The translations under genes and the position numbers were made by a program. This document shows, one piece after another, positions 50,801-64,000 of a DNA stretch of 64,000 bases; position 1 is the stretch's first letter; each line of letters opens with the position of its first letter. Where the stretch lies: the NCBI GenBank assembly GCA_013265495.1, contig MU058037.1, positions 1,365,498 through 1,429,497 of the forward strand, in the 5' to 3' direction. Below the pieces are notes generated by a model. The model ran no database searches and was not told the DNA's origin. It saw only the letters and a program-made list of their open reading frames with translations. The DNA is from Vicugna vicugna. Taxonomy: Eukaryota.

Positions 50801-52899
50801 GAGACAGATGAAGAGACAGGACCAGCAGCAATGTCTGAAAACCAAGAGGTCTCCCATACTCCCATGCCTGCTCGTTTACTACATGATCAGGAGTCTGCCG
50901 CCCCATGTTCACCATCAAAAGCCACTGTCAGCTTATCTGCTTGTAGCTGCAGCAGATGCTACCGGAGACTTCACAGACAGGGGTCTGGGGAGGCTGGGGG
51001 ACTGCTAATGGCTGGTATCCAATAGACTCTGTGCCCTCTTCTGCTCTCTCCCAACCCTCAGATCAGACCACAGGTGCCCGATAAAGGCGTTTCTGTGCCA
51101 TGGACACTTCCTTCACTCTGTGCTGTAAGATATACAAATGTCAGACTCAGTCCTTGCTCTCAGGATGCTTAAGTCTTGATGGAAAGATAAAAATAAAATA
51201 CTTCAAAAAGGGACAAAATGAATGATTCAAGAATTAGAGAGCAGCTCAGTGATTCAAGATATCCTATGGCTGTTTATGACCCACTAAGAAGCAGGCAGTA
51301 GAGAAAACTGATGTTATGACTCATGAGAGGAGGACCGCAGAGGGACCATTTCAAGGAGGTGGTGGGAATGGAATGGTTTAAACAGAGGCTCAGAGATAGC
51401 CTCTGGACACAGGGAATGTCCCGACCATCATTAATGAACCAGCCTGCTGAGACCAAACAGTTCCTCTAGGGTAACACTTGTTAGACTTTTGGGGCAGAGC
51501 AAAATAAGATCCCACAACCCACCCACACCCTCTCTTTTCTTTTTCCAGCAGTAAAAGAACTCAGTGATAACAAAGAATTGGAGAGGAACATAATAAGTAT
51601 TAAAGTAGTAGTGACGCAGTAATTATGAGAAGAATGATTAACAAAGATAAACCCTAAGAATAATTCTACAATTATGTTAGTGAACACAAAGATAGCAGCA
51701 ATTGAAAGCCCTGGGACCGATGAAGCACTAGAAAGAAACTGTCACTCTGAAGTTGCAGGAATTCCTCTCTGTGTTGGACACTGCAGCATGGCCATGTGTT
51801 GTGTGACAGCCAGACCTTATGATTATGTACTAAACCAGGGTTTCAGAAAAATGCAACATTTTAGTGATTCTTAATAACTCAGTAGCTTTGGGCCATGTAT
51901 ATAACTGAAAGTCTATGGAGTTAATCCCTATTTTCCTGTAAGAATTGAGGAAAGCACTTGCATTTTGGAATCAGGAAAACTTTGGAAGTCACCCAGTGAG
52001 CACTGGGCCATACTTTGAGAAACACTGCTGTAGGGCAGTAAGTGAGAGTGAATTGGAATGGTCCGCAACTTGTGTACACCCATACACAGCCCCATGGTCT
52101 CCAGTGAGTCTCCATCTTGTACCCCACATTGGCTAACCAGCCTTGATTCTAGATTTTGTAGATTTGAAAAGAACCATTATAATGCCTTGTTGTGGGAGGC
52201 CTGCCCTCTCCATCTAGCACTCTGCCCCACCCCTGGCATCTTCTGTTGATGCTGTCACAATCCTTACTAAAGTGATGTGTTCATTTTTTTAAAATCTTCT
52301 TCATGATGGCAGAATATAGTTTCCTAAAGGCTGGGGCATATCGGATACATCTTGAACACACCTGCCTTATTACTGGTGCCCTGACCACAGTAAGTCTGGT
52401 GTCCTGAGAAATACGTTCTTGCAGACTTTCTGTGTCCTTGGATTCTCAGGAAGATTACTATTGAAAAGCAAGACTAGTTTTTCTCTCAAGGACTAAAGGT
52501 AACATTGTTGACCATGATCAGTAAAGGGCTCAGAAATTTGACTTTAATTCATTGATTGTAACTTCATTCCTCTGGGAAACTGAAAAATTAGGGAAAATGT
52601 CAAGTTTGGCTCATATTCCTGAAAAGGGGAGAGAAACATGTAAATCCAAAAGAAAATCATTTAATTTTCAAGAATTCTTTGGCTTTATTTTTCAAAGAAT
52701 GTCTATGTCCAGATAAAACATATTTACCAACCAATCATCCAGAGAGAAGTCATCTCTAATTAAGGAGAACATGAGGTGTTCACTGCTCTTAAATAAATGT
52801 TAAGCATTATGCATCATCGTCATTCTTGCTGATTCAAAGGCGAATTCTGAGAGTATTGGCAAAAGAGCAAATTGATTTACTCAGACACTTGATGAAGTG

Positions 52900-53890
52900 C
52901 ATTTAGCACCTAACGACAGCTCCTCTGAAATACATGAAACAAAAACTGACAAAATTGAAGGGAGAAATAGATAACTGACCACTATTAGCACAAGACTTCA
53001 ATACTCCACTTTGCACAACGGCTAGAGCAAGTAGACGGAAGATCAACAAGGAAATTGTCTCAGTCTGTTTGGGTCAGTATAACAGAACTCCATAGGCTGA
53101 GTTGTTTATAAACAACTGAAGTTCACTGCTCATAGTTCAAGAGGCTGGGAAACCAAAAGTCAAGGCACCAGCAGATTTGGTGTCTGGTGAGAACTTGCTT
53201 CCTGGTTCACAGATGGCCATCTTTTCCCTGTGTTCTCACATGACAGAAGGGGCAAGGAAGCTCTCTCTGGGGCCTCTTTTATAAGGGCACTAATTCCATT
53301 CATGAGGGCTCCACCCTCATGATCTCGTCACCTTCTAAAGGCCCCACCTCCTAACACCATCATATTGCAGATTAAGTTACAACATTTGAATTTGGGAAAG
53401 CAGAACATAAACATTCAGTCTATAGCAGAAACAGAAGACCTGAACAAGAGTATAAACCAACTAGACATAACTGACAGCAGTGGAACACTCCACCCAACAA
53501 CGGCAGAGTACACATTCTCCTCGAGTATACATGTGGCACATTGTCCAGGACCTGTTTCATATTAGGCTATAAAACAAGTCTCAATAGGTTTAAGAGTACT
53601 GAAATCATGTTAAAGTATGTTCTTAAACTACAATGGAATGAAATCAGAAGTCAATAACAGAAAGAAGCTTGGGAAATTCATAAGTTGTGGAACTTAAACC
53701 ACACACTCCTAAGTAACCAATGAGTCAAACAAGAAATCACAGGGAAATTAGAAAATACTTTGAGACAAATGAAAATGAAAATCCAAGATACCAAACTGTG
53801 GCATGGAGCAAAAGCAGTGCTTAGAGGGAAGTTAATAGTTGTGAATGCCTGTATTAAAAAAGAAGAAAGATCTCAAATCAATAATTAACC
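52900..53890 (+). mobile_element. Old L1 ORF2 5' (endonuclease-region) fragment interrupted by a MaLR LTR
   Basis: gacttcaatactccact, gaacactccacccaacaacggcagagtacacattct, aaagcagtgcttagagggaa. Confidence 0.8.
53056..53427 (-). mobile_element. MaLR solo LTR (MLT1A-like)
   Basis: tgtctcagtctgtttggg...acattcagtctatagca termini; TSD gaaat / gaaac. Confidence 0.88.
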
Positions 53891-54519
53891 AGTCAAATCA
53901 ATATTAGCAGCTCCATATTTGGGAACCATGCCCTTTATCATCTTAGAGTAAGCTGAACCCATATCTACATAAATGGCAGATGATTAAATTGATGTGTGAA
54001 TGGAAATATCAGCCCTTTCAAATGGTAAAATGTAGAAAGTTTAAAAATCTCTTGGTATAAATACTGTAACAACATGATAGAAGCTGGGAAATAAAAAGTA
54101 ATCACCCAAAAGATCACCATTTAGCATAATACTCATGTTGCTATCTTCCCTTCCAGTCTTTTCCCTTGGATTTACATATGAGATTCAGTACAACTGAGTT
54201 GCTAACAATATGGAGTTTGGGAGCATGAAGACTTGGTCTCATTACCTGCTACCTTTGTAACGTTGAGCTCTATGTCTCTGTTTCCTCGTTTCATAAAAGG
54301 CAGGAAATGGCGCCTCCCTCATAGGGTTTAGGATTAGGGAGATGTGGAGGTTTAGGAAGATGTATTTTTAAAAGTATATCCAGGCACAGCACCTGGGTCA
54401 GGGTAATTACTCTTAAATGGGAACTGGTTCTCCTTTGACTTTTTCCCTTACATAACATCATTCATAGTGCATGTACGGTTTTGTCTCTTGCTTTTCCCAC
54501 TTTACCTTTTCTCATAAGA

Positions 54520-54980
54520 ATACTTTTTCCAGTTTTATTGGGAAATAATTGACATACATCACTGTATAAATTTAAGGCATATAGCTTGATGGTTTGATTT
54601 ATATATATTGTGAAATGATTTATAGAAATGGGTTCAGTTAGCATTTATCATTTCATATAGGCACAATAAAAAGAAAAGAAAGGAGATGAGTACTCAGAAT
54701 TTACTCTCCTAACAACTTTCATATCTATCATACAGTCGTGTTAATAACCACAGTCACCATGTTGTCCATTACATCCCTAGCACTTATTTATCTTATAACT
54801 GCAAGTTTGTAACATATGACTACTTTCCTCCAATTCCCCCTGCCACCCTCTGCCTCTGGTAATCACACATTTGATCTCTTTTTCTATGAGTGAGTGTGTG
54901 TGTGTGCTTGTGTGTGTGTGTGTGTGTGTGTGTTTTAGATTTCACATATAAGTGAGATCATATAGTATTATTGTCTTTCC
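54520..54980 (-). mobile_element. L1 3' end (antisense) containing a (TG)n microsatellite at ~54893-54932
   Basis: ataattgacatacatcactgtataaatttaagg and ttttagatttcacatataagtgagatcat. Confidence 0.8.
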
Positions 54981-55803
54981 CTGAGAATCTTGTATGTTAC
55001 TTTGAGCTTTCAGAATTAAGATGATTTATTTCTCATAGTTTTTGACTTATGATGATTTCCTAACATTTTCCCTCTCCCAGAAGCCAGAGGACTGATTTAT
55101 TGTTTTACACAGAACTAAACTTTAAAAAACCCCACAAAACCCAACAACTTCTCCAAATGTCTTCTCTGTGGTTTGCTGGAAATTTTTTGTCCTCAATTTT
55201 GAAATGTTCCCTGCTTTGACCCAATTAGAGAAGCTCTATCCACTTTCTTTGAAGGAAATGGTTTTATGCTGAGATTTTTCACTCTCTAGTGAAGCCACAT
55301 TTCTTTTGATTTGTGATGCTCTTTTTTTGGTCCCTGCTCCCCACTTGGTTAGGATAAAGATGAGTACTGCAGTCTTTCTGAACTACATCAAGGTTTTATT
55401 CATTTGTTAACCTGCCTGGCAAAGCTATTGTTCTAGGCTCTGGTTACAGCCTGTGTGGGTGTAAAGTACTCCTGAGGGTGAACATGAGGAACCTTTGAGC
55501 TGATTGTGGCAGTTGCTTTAAGAGCTTCTCTACAGCAAACACACAGAAGCTTCTTGGATAGTTTCTATTAAAACAGAGATCTGGAGGGCCTAGTGTGCGA
55601 ATTCTCAGGAAGGATTTCGAATTGGTGAGAGTAGAAAAGAGCCCAGAGAAGCCTATCTACTCCGGCCAGCTTGCTCCAAGGTGACTCAGGACCCAATTTT
55701 GTAGAACCTTGTACGCTGGCATGTAGATTTCCATGGGGGCTAAAGGATAGTTACTACTGGCACTTGTCCTGTTCTCAATGCAATGGAACTCAGTACCCTA
55801 TCT

Positions 55804-56000
55804 CAGTGGTTCTGGGGGCAGGGGGCAATGTCAAGAGACAGTCTGAGTTGTCACAACTTGGGGGAGGTATGTGCTGCTACTGTCATCTAGTGGGGAGATG
55901 CCAGGGATGCTGGTAAATATCCCACAATACCCAGGGCAGCCCCCACAACAAAGAATTATCCAGTCCTCAATGGGAGTTGTGCTGAGAGTAAGTGACCCTG
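55804..56000. mobile_element. MER20 hAT element
   Basis: cagtggttct...gttgtcacaact...gccagggatgctg...cagcccccacaacaaagaattatcc. Confidence 0.85.
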
Positions 56001-58477
56001 ATTTATCTACTTGAAAGGCTGATGTCAGGACCAACTTGCAAATGTTTCTTTCCAAGCAATCAATGCATTGCATTTTACAGAAATTAAAACATTAATCAAA
56101 AGAGAATAATAATTAATTGCCCAATATTTATCATCTCTTCACATTAATCAGAGACTTAGCAATAAAGCATTCAAATATGATTCTTTTGTCAACTGGTAAA
56201 CTAAATATATTTATGATATATGGTACATATGGAATATCCCTGAATTAGAGTATGAGGCCTTAAACACCACTATTTTTCACAGGTTATTTTTTCATCTCAA
56301 GTGTATCAGAAAGCAGTAGGTTATCTCAGCAGCTCAAGTCTTTTAAGCTATGAAGGTTAAGCACTAAGCATTAGTAATCAACACCAACATTAATGTCATT
56401 GTTTCCACTGTTATTGCTAGCTTTTATGACGTGCTCGTGATATACCTGACACTGGGCTTCGAGGTTCACATACATTATTTCATTTACTCCTTGTGCTGAC
56501 TGTGATGCCCATTTCACTTACGGGGGAAAGAAGGCTGAAGAGAGTTCATGTAACTTGACCCAAATCATCCAGATTATAAGCCACAGAGGTGAGATGCCAA
56601 CTGTCATCTGTCACACTCCTCAGTCAGTCCTTTTAATCACTATCACCCACTGCATTCTTTAAAAATGTTCTTTTAATTGTAGTCTTACAGACTCTGCCAA
56701 TATCTCCCTGTGGTAGGTCACAGTAAAGCAAGTAAAGGCTCAAGAGACTGTAGAAACTGTCACCTCGAGGTGACACCACAACTCTAACATGTTGGTTAAA
56801 TTCTTCATCCAGTTGTTTGTTCATTCATTCATCCACTCATGCATTCATTCAGTCAATCATTCAACAAGCATTTATTAGGCGTAAAGCATGCACCAGGTGC
56901 TGAGGAGATCAGCTCTGGGGATTCAAATACGAATCAGAGTCCACCCGAGGTCAGTGGCATGGGCAGGATTGCCTGGGGGCACGAACAATTTGCTCTCTTT
57001 AGGGTCTTGGAAAAAAAGGAAGGGTTCATTAATGTCCATAAACATCCGAGAAAGCATGGGAGACAGACAGAGAAAGGCAAAGGAAGCAAAGGAAAGGAGG
57101 AGAGGAGGAAGGAGGGAGATGGAACAGCAGCAATCGTGGCCGTGCCTGGGATGACACAGCCCTGGCCCATGCTGCCAAAACTTCAGCCCGGGAAGGCCAG
57201 GCCTCTGCAGAGCCTGCCTTTGCTCCCGGGATGAGCAAGGGCTTGCCAGCCGTCTCCCACCCATGAAGCCTTTCCTCTCACTCCTTCTCCCACTGTGTGC
57301 AGCCCACGCAGAAAACTGGGGAAGTGAATTCCAGGCTGTCTAATCAGGCTCGGCTGCATCGTGACAACCGCTGCTCGTTTTAACTCCCCCCACACGTGGC
57401 ATTTGAGAAGGAGAAGGAATCACGAGGAGCAGATCAAGACTAGCACGTTTAACTCGTACTCCCTCGCCCCCGCTCTCTGCGCGGGAACTGATCATCCCAC
57501 ACCCTCCGGTTTAGGGCTTTATGCAGATGGCGAGGTGGTGGCTGCTTTAATCCCAGGCAGGGTCAGTCAATTGGCTTCTCACTGAGGGAAATTTCTATTA
57601 AGCAGAGAACAGACTGGAGTTACTTTCGTCCAGGCAGGTGGCACCAAGGCTGCTCAGAACAATTCATCTGGACTGCTGAAAAAACAGCAGAAAGCAAGCA
57701 TGCCCTACTGCCTGAGAGTCACTGGATGCCTTGGAGAAAGGACAGTGGCACTTCCTTCCACTGAGAAGACCGCCCTTACGTGTTGCAGGCACAGCCGAAT
57801 CCTTCACACGTAATACACATTTTTTCTGCCTCGCTCTTGCCTCACCTCCAATTTTAGACACAAATGATAGGAATCATGGCTGCCCTTTAGTTCCAGAGGC
57901 ATCGATTAATTCCCCAAAACTTACCAAACGGGGTTATTAAATTCTAAATGTTCAAACATCCATTTATTCAGACTCAATTAATTTTCATTTCCTAACTATT
58001 TTGTACATGGCTACCTGGAATTTACTTTGGCTGAATTCACTTTTATCTTTGTAAAGTAAGTGAACAGCATGAACTAGATTTGAAAGGGAAGATTCAAGTA
58101 CTAGAATGAATTCCCTCATTTAATAAGTGAACATCTGTGCACCTACTGCACGCCAGGCTTTACCACAGTAGAGACAGGTGATACAAGACAACATCCCTCG
58201 AGAGACTTACAGCCTAGCTGGGTGTGAATGTGACAAGGGACATTAGCACATAAGAGCTGCAGCAGGAATGAGGAAACAAGATGTCACCTTTGAATACAGG
58301 TGACAAAAGTTTCTAGATAGGATGTTGGAAAAGGATTCTACCAGAAGGCAGTTGAAGAGCGTAAACTTTAGAGGTGGGTCAGGCACTGGCTCATGTCCTG
58401 GCTTTGCTATTCTCTTGGTCTGTGATTTGGCTAATCGCTGTTTCTTTTTCTGAAAAATGAGAAAAGTTCCTACCGCA

Positions 58478-58671
58478 CAGGGGTGATTTTGCTCCCCACC
58501 CTAAGGGACATTTAGCAATGTTTGGAGACATTTTTGCTTGTCACAAATGGTGACAGGGTGGGTACTCTTGGCAGCTAGGGGTAGGGGCCAGGGACGCTGC
58601 CAAACATCCCACAACATGCAGGACAGCCCCCCACCAAGAAACTTCAATGGCGCTGAGGTTGTGAAATGCTG
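58478..58671. mobile_element. MER20 hAT element inserted in a MIR
   Basis: ggggtgattttgctcccc...ggacatttagcaatgtttggagacatttttg...ggacagccccc. Confidence 0.85.
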
Positions 58672-61500
58672 AATTAAATACATAGTGTGTGCAAAGTCCT
58701 CGGCGCAGTGGTAGCTATTATTATCGCTAATGACAGCATGTCACCATTGGAAGGAACTTAATTTAAGGCACTGAGCACTGGACATGCTGGATAGAGTAGG
58801 ACACACTTGCGCTCCACTCCCAGCCATGTCACGTAAGAAGTCCGTGACCTTGAGCAAGTTCCTGATCATTCTGAGCCACGTCTATAAATAGGAATAATAA
58901 TCCCGATCTTGAAAGGCGACCATAAAGAGAGTGAGTTGACTCGGATGTGGCATCTGGCACAAACCGGCATCCAGAAAGTTATCATTCCCTCTGCTGTCCC
59001 CACAACTTTCCCCTGCCCTCTGCTCTCTGCTCCTTCCAAGAGCAAGGGTTGGTTTGTTGGTTGTTAAATGAAATACTCTCTGAAGAGTAGCTCTGCATAT
59101 TTCCTGAAGAAATGTGAAAAAGCTCACTGAATATGAAAACTCACTAATTGTCTGTGACTAATTGAGCTCCCTGAGGCGCTGGTAAGCACCTGGGAGGTCC
59201 TCTGTCTCAGTCACCAGCTACCTTGAAGCTTTGGAGCTGGAGTCAGTTCCTGAGATGATTTCTAACCTGCAAGTACCCCCTTTCGCCTGGAGGAGGCACT
59301 GCAGCCCCATTTTTCAAAACCTGCGGCAGCTCCTGTTTCCAAAGCCCTTGTCTCTTGACAGCAAAATGACAAACATTTCACTTGAGCACTTTCATTTGGT
59401 TTTGGAGACTTCAAGGGATTGCCATCTTCTCCCCAGCCACTTTTAACTACCAAATATGTCTGGTTTGTAATTTCGGATCTTTCTCTGAAGAAAATCAGCT
59501 TAAGAAATATTTAGAGAGTCAAGCTGCCATTTTCTTACTTCCAAGGAAAAATGAAACAATGCGTTTCAGACACCATATTACTAAGCATTTTGAATGGGCT
59601 TGATGGCCAAAAAGAAGCATCTCATCTTTTTAGTAATCTTTTGCACACAACTATGGACTACTGAAATCTGGTCCAGAAACAAGATCAAACAAGATCCATG
59701 TCGATCTAAACATCCAGAAGCTTCCTGTGTGCCTTCTCTCTGAATTTAATAATTGAGTCTTGTCTGCTTTGCAATAAGAGTAAAACAGGTAGGCAGTCAG
59801 TAATAAATACAGATGCCACATAACATGGCAACTTGGAGAAGTTGTGCAACAGCCACTTCAGGGGGCATCGCGGACCAGGCAATGAGGAAAGAGAGGCTTA
59901 TTTGGAGTTTGATGGCAAAAACCACATCACATATTTTAACTAGAGGCTACTAGTAGCAATAATATTAACAAGCCCTTGTACTTCATTTTAAGGATTCCAA
60001 AGTATTCCTGGGTTCATTCTCTTTCAAGGCTCACAACAGCTCCATGAGACAGGTGGGACACGAATCGAATTTGCAGTTCATTCTTATGTGACTTCCAACT
60101 GCACCCAGGGTGAGAGATTGTGGAATGTATTGTCATGTTCCTCAAGAGAAAGTTTAAGACTAACTATTAATTCAAGTCCATCTGTAGGAAATGAGTGTGA
60201 TCCCTTTTAATCAGAAAAGTAGGATCACTATGAAGTATGCAGCAGGTGCCAAGGAGGAGTTAGTTACAACCTGTGCTATGGGCTAGAACAGGACAGATAA
60301 TGGCTCTGCTAATACCCAGAGGGACTTTTCTTACTGATATAGAAAGAGAGCTAGGATAAATCTATCCACTTGTACCTATAGATATATTTCAAAGGAAAGG
60401 TATTATCTCAATTTCCATTTCTATTTACTGTTTTCTTGCTGCCTAATGAAAGAAAATTATATTGTATCCTTTATATGTATATAAACGTGCAATGTACATG
60501 CACACACATTTTTGATGCTGGCATATGAAAATAAGGTTGAAATATCTTACTTTTATAAAGACCAGGTGTCAAAAAAATGGACCTAGGGAAAACTTTAAGA
60601 TACCCCCAAATCATCAACCTAAAGGTCAACTCTTCTGGAAAACTCTCCACTGTCACCAACAGCCATGAAATGGTGCCCTGGATTCCCTGCAAAATTATAT
60701 TTGAAGGTTATCTGTCAGGGGAGAGAACCTGAGAGTCATTCTGAGCCAAATCCAACCCAATTATGGGCCAATTACAGACCTGCTTCCACTGCCAGGAGCA
60801 GGTTACACCACCAACTGAGCTGGTCTCAGGGCCCCTGGCTGGCAGGGAATCCCAGTGCATGGGAAGAGCTCGTGGCCTAGATAAGACAAAACAGCTGATA
60901 ATGCTCAGAGAGCAGAAGAAATGGCAAATGCAACTGCTTTATAATGAGCCCTGAACCTCCTAACCATTTCACTGCCATCCCTTCAGAATCAATTCCAGAC
61001 TCAGTTTTCTCCTGGGTGGCACCCTTTCTCCCTCGGTGATCAAATTATGAAATTCCAAGAGGCAGCAGGCAGGCTTTGCTCCCGCACTTGGAGTCAACCT
61101 GCTGCAATCCTGCAGTCTTGGCTACAGTGCTAACTAGGAACACAGTGCCTGAATACCCACATCACCAATGACAACCTTACTTAACATGTAAGAGTTAAAA
61201 TAACAAGAAAGTTGAGTTAGAAATTTGTGTTAGGTAAAAACAAAGCTCTATTAAAAATCAAAACAAATTTGTGAATTTTGGCTGGCACTTCCAACCGACT
61301 GAGATCATTTCAGGCCCACACTCTAGCACCCAACAATGTAGTTATTCCTCCAGGCTGGCTTTGCATGTCTGATCTGTCAACTTGAGACACAAGCTTGTCC
61401 TTATATTTAACTGAGATCTTGAGGAGAGTGGAGACAAGGCAGCACCACGGACAGCATCCTGTGGGCTGTGGCCGTGGAAACTCTTCAGATTGGCTTAGAG

Positions 61501-61685
61501 TAGTGGTTCTCAAACTTTCTCGTGCATCAGCATCATCTGGAAGGCTTCTGGAAACTTAGACTGCTGGGCCCCACCCCGAGAGCTTCTGATTCAGTAGGTC
61601 TGGGATACGCCTGAGGATCTGCTTTCCTGACAAGTTCCCACGGGCTGCTGCTGCTGGTTTGGGGACCCTACTTTGAGAACTACTG
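61501..61685. mobile_element. MER5A hAT element
   Basis: TIRs tagtggttctcaaa / tttgagaactactg; ctgattcagtaggtctggg core; TSD gcttagag / acctagag. Confidence 0.9.
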
Positions 61686-61854
61686 ACCTAGAGCCATCAA
61701 TCTGGACTGTTTAGATTTGGACATTCCAAATCCCCTAACTACCTCATCATGTGGTCCACAGTTTTATAGCTGATATCCAAATGTATAGTGAGCAACTTGG
61801 CCATATTTCCTTGCTAAAATTCAGATACATGATGCATCAATGAAACAACAATCA

Positions 61855-62065
61855 TTAGTGCTTATAATAGTGCTTCCAAAGGTCAAGTTCTGTCCCAAGC
61901 ACTTTACCTTGGAATTCTTAAATAAGTTAGTATTAGAGCTCCATTTTACAGGAGAGAAAACCGAGGCACAGAGAAGTTATATGACATCCCCAAAGTGGCA
62001 CAACTAGACAGTAGGGTGGCCAAAATTCAAATCCAAGATGTCTGATGTTTAACCATTGCCCCAGG
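61855..62065. mobile_element. MIR SINE
   Basis: ccattttacaggagagaaaaccgaggcacagagaagtta. Confidence 0.75.
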
Positions 62066-63511
62066 CTGATTCTCCATGTGGCAGATAGAGTAAATTCCAC
62101 GGGAGTGAAATGTACCGTGTAAATTATGAGGGAGAAAGAATCCTAATATAATGCATGAGGAATTCTGCCAGTGACATCAACTTACCTACCAGTCACTTAA
62201 CCTCGCTGATACATTAATTTCTGTAACTATTTGTTAAATTCTAACACTGCTACAGTCCATGGGTTGGCAAACCAGGGCCCAGGAGCCAAATGCAGCCCAC
62301 CATCTAGTTTTCTTTTCAAAACCTTTTTATCCTGAGATAATCTTAGATTCACATGCAGTTGCATGAAATAATATAGAGCTCTCTGGATGCAATGATTGGG
62401 AAGAAAGAAGAATCATTTTTGTAATCTCTGTAGAAATCTTTCTAAGGAAAGCCTTGCCAAGTTTCAAATATATGCAGAGACCAAAAAGCTAGATTTGATA
62501 ATCTTCATTCAAGTATACTGTTACAAGTATCTAGGTAGTGAAAGAAAAACACAAAAGAGGTTCTAAATTTGAACATCTTTCAAGTCCAGTGCAAGACAGG
62601 ACCAGGATCTCAGCTACTTGGATGACTGACAGGCAAATGTATAGCTTTTCTCAAATATTATGACACAAGAACTGAAGGCAGTTTCTGAACAACTGAGTTG
62701 TCCAGACTTGGGCCTTGGGTGAGAATCATTTATTTTTACTCTAGTTATCTTAGTCCTGGAGTCAGGCAGCAACAAATTGCTGGATAGAGTTAGACCCATT
62801 TTCAGTGCTGACTACACACTAGGATCACCTGGACCTGTCTGAGCCCCACCTCTGACCAATAATTCTTTGGGAGGATTTGTTTCAAAAGACCCCTCTCAGG
62901 TCAGGGCACCATCAATGTCATTTAGTCTAACCAAGACCCAACCCAGTCCTCTTTATACCTGATGCTTTCCAGATATGTCCCCCGCCCTGGAGAGTCACTT
63001 GGGTTTAACCATTGACTCAGTAACTTTTGACCTCTATCCCAATTCATCTCACACTAAACACTGCTAGGGGTGCTCTTCCTTCCAAATAATCCCAGTTACA
63101 CCCTTTGGAGTGACTTATTAAGAGCAGAGCCCAAGTAAGTCCCACTCCATTGGAATTTCTTTAGACTGTTCAGTCTCTGGGTGTAAACGTAATATAAGTG
63201 GGTTATGTTTTTGGTATGATGTGCTAAGGACTAATTGCCGGGTGTTGAACTGTTGCACTGTAAGCTTTGGTTCAAGGCCAGATAGCTATGTTGACCTGCT
63301 CCCACAAAGTTGAATCCATGAATTCTCAGGATGCCAGGTATCTAGACACTGGCTATTCACCTTTTTAGAAATGCTCAAAGCAATATGGTCCTACCCTGCA
63401 GCTAGGATCTGATTTTTGACATAAATGAAATGCCAGCTTTTCATGAGTCCTATCAATAACACCTATTCATTGACATATAAAATATAAGAGCTGGATTTGA
63501 CCTAAGGCAAC

Positions 63512-64000
63512 TGTATTAGTTATAGATTGCTGTATAACAAATTACCCCAAGTCTGGCAGCCTAAAACAAAAATATTATTTCAGAGATTCTGTGGGTCAGG
63601 AATTCAGAAGTGGTTGAGCTGGGTGGTTCTGGCTGGCATCCCTCCTGAGGTTGCAGTCCAGATGTTGGCTGGAAATGCAGTCATCTAAATCCTTGACTAA
63701 GACTAGAAGATCCACTTCCAAGATGGCACACTCATGCCACTGGCTGATTGGTGATGCCTGTTATCAGGAGGCCTTGGTGACACTGGGCTGCTTGAGTGCC
63801 CTCACAATATGGCAGCTGGCTTCCCCCAGAACCACTGATCCCAGAGAGAGTAAGGCACAAGCTGTGATGGCATTTATGACTTAGTCTTTGAAGTCACACT
63901 CTGTCATTTCTGTAATATGTTGTTGATTATACAAGTCAGCCCTACTTGGTGTTGGAGAGGTCTATACGAGGGTAAGAATACCAGGAGGCAAGGCTGGCTG
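63512..64000 (-). mobile_element. MaLR LTR (MLT1F/G-like), running off the window end
   Basis: tgtattagtta...ttgctgtataacaaattacccca, tctgtgggtcaggaattcag, agatccacttccaagatggc. Confidence 0.8.

Noticed and set aside
60757..60766. CArG box CCAATTATGG
   Set aside because: Single isolated 10-mer, expected by chance in 64 kb.

Overview
Mammalian genomic DNA, AT-rich and dense in repeats. The tRNA-Ala-derived SINEs resemble the camelid vic-1 family, so the source is probably a camel, llama or alpaca (inference). The main gene is SMPX (small muscle protein, X-linked; Chisel) on the + strand. It has a non-coding exon 1 (~26405-26586) and coding exons at 30264-30302, 41958-42044 and 47666-47800, which splice in phase 0 into a complete 86-aa protein ([86 protein letters not shown]). 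I did not find the last, 3'-UTR exon; it probably lies beyond the window. About 20 kb upstream is a full-length intronless S100A11 retrocopy with an open 103-aa frame. The rest is L1, L2, MIR, SINE, MaLR/ERVL/ERV1 solo LTRs and hAT/Tc-mariner MER elements; repeat family names come from recalled consensus motifs and their boundaries are approximate unless a TSD fixes them. I see no convincing new multi-gene system. The best leads are an unexplained ~200-bp diverged inverted repeat at the window start, the intact S100A11 retrocopy, a 20-codon uORF in SMPX exon 1, SINE structural variants and a few candidate regulatory elements. Nearly all other ORFs in the supplied track look spurious.
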